Shown: piece after piece, positions 57,131-64,000 of the stretch | Layout of the letters: the number at the start of each line of letters is the position of its first letter | Position numbering within the stretch: the first letter of the stretch is position 1 | Virus record (IMG/VR): IMGVR_UViG_3300046652_000008 | Location: 30,920 to 94,919 of that record | Strand: one strand, 5' to 3' | Length of the DNA stretch: 64,000 nt | Origin: a virus | The notes under the pieces: model-generated | Seen by the model: only the letters and a program-made list of their open reading frames with translations | Told to the model about the DNA's origin: nothing | Database searches by the model: none | Made by a program: the position numbers and the translations under genes

Positions 57131-58105
57131 TTACTTTGCTCCTGCTATAGTAGGCCATCCGTTTTTGTCAGTAGCCACGTCAAGACTTGGGGCTTGTATG
57201 GTTGGATCTGCCTGCGCTGGCTGTTGAGCAGTGGATGCACCAAAGAATTTAGCTGGACCCTCTCCAGGCCCATACTGCCCAGGCGCAGGAAGCGTAGGAG
57301 CCATTGACGGAGCAGCAGGAGTCGCCTGATTGGATGGAGGCGCAGTCTGCGGAGTAGTCGTCCCGTTGATTGCCGCTATTCCAGCGTTCAGTGCTCCAGG
57401 ATCTCCAGCTTTCAGGAAATTAACGCCCATTTCTTCTGGGTTAACTCGCCTAAGTCCTAGCCCTTCCCTAGTAGTATTGTAGTCCTGAAGATGCGGAAGT
57501 ATCTCCCCAATATGCGGAAGCGCTCCATGATTCTTGGTGATTATTTCATTGTACGCAGTGTGAAACTTTGCGCTAGCCTGTTGATCCAAGTACTGAACAG
57601 ACTTCGATTGGTCGCCAAGTTGAGCAACAACGTTCTGCAAAACATTCGGATCGAAGTTGTTTACTTGCTTGTTATTTATATTTCCACCAAGTAAATTGGA
57701 AGCGTACTGCCGTAACATCCCAACCACAGGATGACCACCAGCCTGTTCAGACTTTCCAGGCTTTTCCCCGGCGATTGTGTGCAAGAATGGCTGAATTAGC
57801 TGGCCCGTCAATTCCTGTTTATATTGCGGAGCAAGACTAGAGTTCTGCACAGCCTGGATTGCTGTATGATAAGCGGATTCCTGCCGTTCTCGCTCTTGTT
57901 CCTTCATCATGTAGTCTTGAATGCGATAGTTTCGTATATGTGCTAATACCGTGTTAGCTATAGATGCAGCGCCAGCGGCAGGACTAATCCCAGGCTGTGC
58001 TTGAGGAATCGGCTGCTGCGCGTATCCCTGTAGGTACTGAGTAAACGGCCCACGGTCTATGCCGTTCTGATATACTACTTGATTTCCGTTTTGATACTGT
58101 GGCAT
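57131..58105 (-). CDS. internal virion (ejection) protein
   Basis: Gln/Pro/Ala-rich; position in module. Confidence 0.65.
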   Translation of the reverse strand: MPQYQNGNQVVYQNGIDRGPFTQYLQGYAQQPIPQAQPGISPAAGAASIANTVLAHIRNYRIQDYMMKEQERERQESAYHTAIQAVQNSSLAPQYKQELTGQLIQPFLHTIAGEKPGKSEQAGGHPVVGMLRQYASNLLGGNINNKQVNNFDPNVLQNVVAQLGDQSKSVQYLDQQASAKFHTAYNEIITKNHGALPHIGEILPHLQDYNTTREGLGLRRVNPEEMGVNFLKAGDPGALNAGIAAINGTTTPQTAPPSNQATPAAPSMAPTLPAPGQYGPGEGPAKFFGASTAQQPAQADPTIQAPSLDVATDKNGWPTIAGAK

Positions 58106-58115
58106 ATACTATCCC

Positions 58116-58727
58116 CTACCCCGCAAAGTAATTAGTCCCGCCACCGCCGCCAGTGCTCTTTACCGGGAATAGACTCTTAGATAGCCCACCCGTAAACGGA
58201 GCAGCTAAACTGCCAGCAAGACCAGCAAATGCATTCGTAGTAGCGGCCTTCGCTTGTGTGTTTGCGCTCTGTTGCTGTAGGTTCGTCTGTGACGCCATAC
58301 CAGCCCCACTTAATGCCGCACCCTGTTGTTGTAGCCCGAGACTATCCAGCATTTGTCCGTAGTTTGCTAAGTTACCAAAAGATTTAGTATATGCATCATT
58401 CATGGCTCCAGCGTTTTGAGTAGCCACGCCGCGAGATAGTGAAGATAGCGCAAAAGTACGAGCCGCGCCAGCAGGGGCAGAATTATAGATATCCTGTCTT
58501 GCCGTGCCTGCCTGTTCTGCTATATTGGTAAGTTGGGGAGCTATAGCCTGAGTCATCTTAGACTGGTCGCCACCAGCTAACGCTTGATTGTATTGGATTC
58601 CAGGCTGGAGGATTGATGTTCCCTGTCCGATGTTCGATGTACCAGCAGCCGAGGACTGATTAGCGAAACCTTGCCCAAAATTGATTAAACTCTTTGATGT
58701 GTTGTTTCCGCTTGCTGATCCGCCCAT
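58116..58727 (-). CDS. DNA pilot/ejection protein (small, Gly/Ala/Gln-rich)
   Basis: MGGSASG start; follows the GNAT gene as in podovirus modules. Confidence 0.7.
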   Translation of the reverse strand: MGGSASGNNTSKSLINFGQGFANQSSAAGTSNIGQGTSILQPGIQYNQALAGGDQSKMTQAIAPQLTNIAEQAGTARQDIYNSAPAGAARTFALSSLSRGVATQNAGAMNDAYTKSFGNLANYGQMLDSLGLQQQGAALSGAGMASQTNLQQQSANTQAKAATTNAFAGLAGSLAAPFTGGLSKSLFPVKSTGGGGGTNYFAG

Positions 58728-58788
58728 AGTTCCAGGTACACCCCGCCTACTATTATTATATCAGCGGAGGGAATATAAAGCAAATACG

Positions 58789-59289
58789 CTATGAAAGAGG
58801 GTAGCTAGATTTATCAACGTATGATATAACTGCGTCAGTAGTCACACCATTGTAGGCAACTAGGTTTGGGATAGTAGCGATGTATTGCATTCCAAGTAAC
58901 CTAGCGTATTGGATCGCTTTCGGGTTGCAGGCTGGCGTAGTGCCATAGAAATAGTCATACCCAAGCTCTTGGATAATAAGATCGAATGCCATTTTCCCGA
59001 GCCGGACGGCCTTAAATGGGGATAACCCAGGAAAACACACAAATCCTACCTCGCATCTCCACTTGCCGTCTTTTTGGTATTTTGCGTCATTAACGAAGCC
59101 AGCGCCGACTACCTTATCCTCGTCTAGCATGACCACCAGATTATTATTACCCGTCCTTAACCATTCCATGAATTCATCCTTCGTGGGGATATTCTGGTAA
59201 TAAATTACGGGAGCTAGCCCATACTCCACAATCGAATCGTAAAGATCGTACACTTCCTGCTCAGACCTTGCGCCACGCACCGTTAGCAT
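58789..59289 (-). CDS. GNAT acetyltransferase-like virion assembly protein
   Basis: DKVVGAGF, EVGF, GTTPACNPKAIQYARLLGM. Confidence 0.75.
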   Translation of the reverse strand: MLTVRGARSEQEVYDLYDSIVEYGLAPVIYYQNIPTKDEFMEWLRTGNNNLVVMLDEDKVVGAGFVNDAKYQKDGKWRCEVGFVCFPGLSPFKAVRLGKMAFDLIIQELGYDYFYGTTPACNPKAIQYARLLGMQYIATIPNLVAYNGVTTDAVISYVDKSSYPLS

Positions 59290-59326
59290 ATCGTATCCTC
59301 CTTAACCATTATAGTGCAAGAACGGA

Positions 59327-59785
59327 CTAATTCCAGCGAGTAACCAATGCCCCCTGCTGTAATGCGTAGCCTTGAGCACCAGCTAGTGCGGCCATACTGA
59401 TAGTGTCCGTGCCCGAGCAGGTCGCAGAACCATTTCCCAGCGTCGCCGTGGTTGAAACAGCCGTGTAGCCCGCCCCCGTGTTCGTGATTGCATAGGTCGC
59501 CGCCGCGAGCGTGTTGTCAGCCGCGTGCGCACACGCGATGTCGCCCGGCGTGTATGTGATCGTTGGGGCAACGGGCACGGCAACACCACCAGATGTGATT
59601 GTCTTGGTTATGGCAAGAGTACCGGCGAGAGCCACATTGTTCGATCCGTCAGTCTGAATAGAACAATTAGGTCCAGCGTTGCCCGCTGGACATAGAGAAG
59701 TTGCCGTTGCAGCAGCCCCAGGGATAGTATCAACTTGGGCCATCGCCATCCCACAAAACACTAAAAATGCTAGAACGAATTTCAC
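59327..59785 (-). CDS. signal-peptide-bearing beta-rich protein
   Basis: MKFVLAFLVFCGMAMA-Q; Ala/Thr/Gly-rich. Confidence 0.7.
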   Translation of the reverse strand: MKFVLAFLVFCGMAMAQVDTIPGAAATATSLCPAGNAGPNCSIQTDGSNNVALAGTLAITKTITSGGVAVPVAPTITYTPGDIACAHAADNTLAAATYAITNTGAGYTAVSTTATLGNGSATCSGTDTISMAALAGAQGYALQQGALVTRWN

Positions 59786-59810
59786 TTTGTACCTACCTAT
59801 AGTATATCAA

Positions 59811-61283
59811 TTACGCGGTTAACAGTCCATCCGTGAATGTATGTGCAGTTGCCCCGGAACTTATCCCAGTGGCCACGGTTGTCGTTTGTGTAGTGTATGT
59901 TTGCGCTACGAAGTCAATACTATCTATGTAGGTTATGCTGGTCGTGGCGGGAGTTACCGATGTCACTAGGTTTTCTGGCCCCCTATTGATTCCAGGAGTT
60001 CCGCTGGCCTTGAACCCAGTGGCGTCTATTGTCCCACTTGACACAACTGAGCCAACTACGTTTATAACCCCGGAAACATCCATGTTTATCTGTGTTCCGC
60101 CAGCCCCAGATATTTCCACTCCGCTAGTGTTGACGACAACCGACCACGCCCCCGTCCCATTGTCTATTGCGACTGACCCGCCTTGGAAAATAAGCTTAGG
60201 AGTGGCCGCACCGTTCGTGCTGTACGTGGTTGTAATCCCAGTGTAGTTTCCACCAGCCCCAACAGGAATAGTCACCAAGGTTAGCGTGGTATTGCCATAA
60301 ACGGCATTAGTCAAAGAATAGGACGTACCGAATTTGTCAGTTGAGAACCCCACCGCCGCAAAGTCAAACACTGGATATATAATCTTATTCGGCAGGGCCA
60401 ACCACCCAGATCGCAGGACATATAATGGAAATACGATTGCAGCGGCAGTATGCCCAGCCGCAGTGCTTCCAAATGCGCCCCTACCCCCGGCAGGTATGGT
60501 TAATGTATAGACTGCCCCAGCCACCGCAACACTTGACACTAGCATATATTCACTATCTATTTGAATGAAAAATGGGCCAATCGTGGGGAATAGGAAATTA
60601 GTATCCGTGCCTGCATAATGAACGTCAAAAGAAAGTGTGCCAACTAGTATATTTCCGCTGAGTGCATATGTGGCATAACCAGAAGGGTAAAAAGATCCCT
60701 CTAGTGACCAATCCACATAGGGCGTTCCGCCAGTGTCAGCAGGCGGGTAACCAACCACTTGCGGTCTAGTGTTTGTACTCCAGGCTTGCGACCATACTTC
60801 AACATGGTCTCTGTTTGCGTCTATCGGTACGTACATGGTATAGATAAGGCTATACGATGTCTGCCCGAGGTTTGCCGTTCCAACTGTAGGTTGCCCAGCA
60901 TCCCCCTCTTTGACTACAACCACATTCAGGTTGCTTAAAGCTGACGCAACCCCACCCGTATTTACGGAAGTTCCAAAGGCCCCCGACCCGGCAAGATAAG
61001 TAACGGCCTGAGTGGTTTGTGTAGCAACAGATGACGAGCTAGTTGCGTTTTTCAAATCACCATAAGTAACTATCTGGTTATCATCAGTTAATCCACCCGT
61101 CCTGCTGATTCTCCCATCTGGCGCTGTGAATTCGTTGTGCATCTTGAATGGCCCAAGAGCGCCCTGGGAACTGGCCACTTGTTCTCCGAGCCTAGACAAC
61201 GCTTGGTTAAGCGCCGTCTGGTTCGGGTCTTTAAGGTCTTCAGCCGTAATTCGTAATGTTGATCTTTGCTGGAGATTATTCAT
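59811..61283 (-). CDS. tail fibre-like protein
   Basis: Thr/Gly/Val-rich; IQIDSEYM, GRGAFGSTAAGH; C-terminal FTDGLLT. Confidence 0.7.
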   Translation of the reverse strand: MNNLQQRSTLRITAEDLKDPNQTALNQALSRLGEQVASSQGALGPFKMHNEFTAPDGRISRTGGLTDDNQIVTYGDLKNATSSSSVATQTTQAVTYLAGSGAFGTSVNTGGVASALSNLNVVVVKEGDAGQPTVGTANLGQTSYSLIYTMYVPIDANRDHVEVWSQAWSTNTRPQVVGYPPADTGGTPYVDWSLEGSFYPSGYATYALSGNILVGTLSFDVHYAGTDTNFLFPTIGPFFIQIDSEYMLVSSVAVAGAVYTLTIPAGGRGAFGSTAAGHTAAAIVFPLYVLRSGWLALPNKIIYPVFDFAAVGFSTDKFGTSYSLTNAVYGNTTLTLVTIPVGAGGNYTGITTTYSTNGAATPKLIFQGGSVAIDNGTGAWSVVVNTSGVEISGAGGTQINMDVSGVINVVGSVVSSGTIDATGFKASGTPGINRGPENLVTSVTPATTSITYIDSIDFVAQTYTTQTTTVATGISSGATAHTFTDGLLTA

Positions 61284-61287
61284 GGGA

Positions 61288-63111
61288 TTAGATTGGCAAC
61301 GGAAGTTGAGTGAATACTACCGTTTGGTAATACCCGTTCCGCTGGTCTCCGCTAATGTTCAAAAGCTCCATGCGGCTAGAGTCTCGATATAAATAGAATG
61401 GTTTCGTATTATCTGCCGACTCTATGGTTATCCTGTACCTCTGGCTCTTATTTAAGATGTTAGGAAGCATCCCATTGTCAGAATACATAGGAGGAAACAG
61501 CCGTATAGCGTCTCTAAAACCCTGTGGTCCGAAGTACCCGGAATATAGGAGCGCCCCGCCATCTCTGTATATACTAATGATTATTTGGCCAGAACTCTTA
61601 TATTGGACCCAAACCTGTTTCAATAGCCTATATCCAGCAGACCCAGAAAAGACCTCAAGCGAATCCCAGAAAGTGAGGGGACATGGTTCATTAGTATGAT
61701 CGAATTGTGGCTGCGTAAATACCTGAAACTTACCGCCAGTACCTGGAGCATGTACGGTTCTAAAGGCATATCCAATGATATTCTGTTCAAATGCAAATGT
61801 ACGAACCCTGCTATTGTACGTTGTGTTAATCGTGAATGGACCAGCCGAAAGGATGTCTCCATGCTGATTGCTATACTCTACGTTAAACGTAGCAGCCACG
61901 CCACCAGTGTCCACGTCCATCGTAATAGATCGACATATTTTTTCGCACTTGTAGTCCATTTCTGTCCAATTAGTTGCCAGCATAATATCTGCCGGATAAT
62001 TGGTTTTGTCAAAGGAATACTTGAATACCGTCACGTCTTGGGCATAAGAGTCTGGCCGCAAACGAACCATTTTTGCGACTGTATCTTTGGGGAGTGGGAA
62101 TTGTTGCATGGCTCGACCACTGGAGGCCCCAGAAGACTGCAATACTATCGTAGCCGCCCCAAGAGTTATCGTGCTCCCGTTCAGGCCGCTGATCGTATCT
62201 AGGTAGTAGGTAGACGCTACTCCACGAGTATCGCTCTCTACATAGATGGAGTGTAGCAGCTTATCATATGGATAATCCAAACTATCCCATTCTTCGTTAA
62301 ATGAAGCATCTGGGGGGTAGTCTATTTTATCAAAGTCTTGCTTGAAGATTAGTACGTCCGCACTAGATACGGTTGGGCGCAAACGCACCATCTTACAGAC
62401 CACATCGCCATTGATAGGAAACGTCTGCTTAGACCTTCCATTGCTATTTATGGTAAACGACTGCACAGCAAGATTCTGTGTAGTTCCGGAAATCCCGACC
62501 GTCATCGTATCCATATTGAGCGTATGGTCATTCCCGCGAGTATCAAACTCTAGCGTTAACGTCTTCAGGCGCTTCTCATACTGATGCCCTAGATCGCTCC
62601 AGTCGGCAATCTTACCGCGCTGAATTCCAGCGAGTGCGAAATAATCGAACGTCATCGAACATAGCTTTACGCCAGTCTTAGAGCTTCCGTAGAATTTGAA
62701 CCCGATGCAATAGGCTTCCTTACCAGTTGAAAATCCGCCAGATTGTCCAATCGGGACAGAGTAGCGCAGTCTTCCTGAACCAACTGGAATCGTATATGTT
62801 TCCGTAGCCGTTGTACTAAGATCGTATAATAGGTCTACCTTTAGCACGTCTCCGGTTGGGCATTCGTACTCTAGCACAATACTAGAGAATACCTTCTGGA
62901 TTGAAGCATCACCAAAGTTGTAGTACCCGGTCTGAACTACGAACGGAATGGCATACCCATCCGTTCCGGTTGTTAAGAACCCGTCCGTTCTCCCGGCAGA
63001 TCCGTACACCCACTCTTTGTAGATGTTGTACTTGGTGGAGTCGGTTACGGCAGTAATGAAGATGTTTGTGTCTTCTTCCACGTAAAAGGCTGTTGTCTTA
63101 ATGTTTGCCAT
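61288..63111 (-). CDS. tail/nozzle-associated protein with tandem ~100-aa beta repeats
   Basis: Recurring W.DL...K, DTRG, QTFP, KMVRLRP, FDK.DYP.D. Confidence 0.75.
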   Translation of the reverse strand: MANIKTTAFYVEEDTNIFITAVTDSTKYNIYKEWVYGSAGRTDGFLTTGTDGYAIPFVVQTGYYNFGDASIQKVFSSIVLEYECPTGDVLKVDLLYDLSTTATETYTIPVGSGRLRYSVPIGQSGGFSTGKEAYCIGFKFYGSSKTGVKLCSMTFDYFALAGIQRGKIADWSDLGHQYEKRLKTLTLEFDTRGNDHTLNMDTMTVGISGTTQNLAVQSFTINSNGRSKQTFPINGDVVCKMVRLRPTVSSADVLIFKQDFDKIDYPPDASFNEEWDSLDYPYDKLLHSIYVESDTRGVASTYYLDTISGLNGSTITLGAATIVLQSSGASSGRAMQQFPLPKDTVAKMVRLRPDSYAQDVTVFKYSFDKTNYPADIMLATNWTEMDYKCEKICRSITMDVDTGGVAATFNVEYSNQHGDILSAGPFTINTTYNSRVRTFAFEQNIIGYAFRTVHAPGTGGKFQVFTQPQFDHTNEPCPLTFWDSLEVFSGSAGYRLLKQVWVQYKSSGQIIISIYRDGGALLYSGYFGPQGFRDAIRLFPPMYSDNGMLPNILNKSQRYRITIESADNTKPFYLYRDSSRMELLNISGDQRNGYYQTVVFTQLPLPI

Positions 63112-63113
63112 GA

Positions 63114-64000
63114 TTACAGCCCGTTATCCTTGTTGACTCTATGCCAGCGTCCGTGGTCTATGTCGAAAACCCAATAATAGTTATTTCCGTCCGTAGCCGT
63201 GTAAGCCATATACAAGTTGTTCTGGAAAAATGCACAAATGATGTCGTCTAGCTTGGTTCTGTCCATAGGATATAGGCCATTCACGACCCGATCACGGAAT
63301 ATCCAATCAATCTGCTCTGAAATCTTCTTAGACGCCCCGCCCTGCCATGCATATACTCCGTCAGTAGCAACATAGAATATCGCGTTTGCTCCCTTAGCCC
63401 AACCAAACGGAGCCATTAACCCACGCTGCGCCCCCGCCTTTACCGGAGCCTGCATGGTGCCATTCCATATTGGGACATCGTAAAATTCGCTTAGGTTCAT
63501 TGAGATCAACTTTCCGCCAATCTCGACTATATTCATGATTGGATTGCTGGGAGATCCAACGACAAGTTGATTCGCCGTGCCAGTAGCTTCCGTAATCACC
63601 GGGAAAGAGTCTGGACGCCCAGGCTTTGACATATATAAGATATGCGGGTTAAGTGTGTCGCCAGCATAAAAAAGAGAGCCATACGCCTGTGCGCTATATC
63701 TACACCCAACCCCAGCAGAGGCTTCACATTCTACAAGTTCGCCAGCATAATGCTTATTTTGCAAATATACGCCAATGGTCATTGTGGTTCCAAAGTTAGT
63801 CAAGCCTTGGATAATACAAGTCTCAATGCTACTAGATGTATTGCTTGTGCTCGCACTGTTCCATCCAACTTGTATCTCAGATCCAATAGATGGCGGATAG
63901 GTGAATCCCGCTGGTAAAGATCCAACCGTTAGTGTTACTTGCCCAGGTCCAAGATTTGGACTTCCACTCTGAATTTTACCTATCAGGGTTATTGGCAATG
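63114..64000 (-). CDS. tail nozzle / DNA stabilisation (P22 gp10 or T7 gp12-like) beta-propeller, 5'-partial
   Basis: LYMSKPGRPDSFP, RGLMAP, IFYVATDGVY, KISEQID, VFDIDHGRW. Confidence 0.75.
   Translation of the reverse strand, partial: LPITLIGKIQSGSPNLGPGQVTLTVGSLPAGFTYPPSIGSEIQVGWNSASTSNTSSSIETCIIQGLTNFGTTMTIGVYLQNKHYAGELVECEASAGVGCRYSAQAYGSLFYAGDTLNPHILYMSKPGRPDSFPVITEATGTANQLVVGSPSNPIMNIVEIGGKLISMNLSEFYDVPIWNGTMQAPVKAGAQRGLMAPFGWAKGANAIFYVATDGVYAWQGGASKKISEQIDWIFRDRVVNGLYPMDRTKLDDIICAFFQNNLYMAYTATDGNNYYWVFDIDHGRWHRVNKDNGL

Noticed and set aside
48982-63917. Numerous plus-strand ORFs opposite the virion genes
   Set aside because: Antisense shadows of long minus-strand genes, with no RBS or motifs.
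1-64000. Alternative genetic code or stop-codon recoding
   Set aside because: Conserved genes are full length under the standard code and all three stop codons end genes.

Overview
The window is 64 kb of a tailed dsDNA phage genome, most likely podovirus-like. No rRNA, tRNA, CRISPR array, integrase or DNA polymerase was recognised. Layout: (i) 1-7449 (-): small accessory genes, a single-domain ClpA/B-type ATPase and a truncated RlmN-like radical SAM gene. (ii) 7450-9214: a 1.75-kb non-coding divergence zone. It holds about a dozen GAAC-N7-GAAN direct-repeat boxes resembling the alphaproteobacterial/acidobacterial LexA box, then a complete sigma54 promoter architecture (three palindromic upstream sites, an IHF site, -24/-12), then a ~700-nt ORF-free structured RNA. 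(iii) 9215-17623 (+): putative early genes including a DUF3150-like, AAA+ and vWA-like trio. (iv) 17824-46010 (+): DNA and RNA metabolism, with ParB-like, deaminase, ERF, exonuclease, SF2 helicase, DnaB, two RNA ligases plus a split PNKP, HNH, RusA, metallophosphoesterase, DUF5131, an intein-containing class II RNR, and a stand-alone TnpB. (v) 46035-48316 (+): beta-helix tailspike-like gene with a signal peptide. (vi) 48614-64000 (-): virion module with a polyvalent ejection protein, other ejection proteins, a GNAT, a fibre and nozzle-like genes. The most promising undescribed system is the box array, sigma54 enhancer promoter and large ncRNA at 7555-9200. Several weak cues point to an Acidobacteriota host. 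All family calls are from motif recognition by eye; no searches were run.
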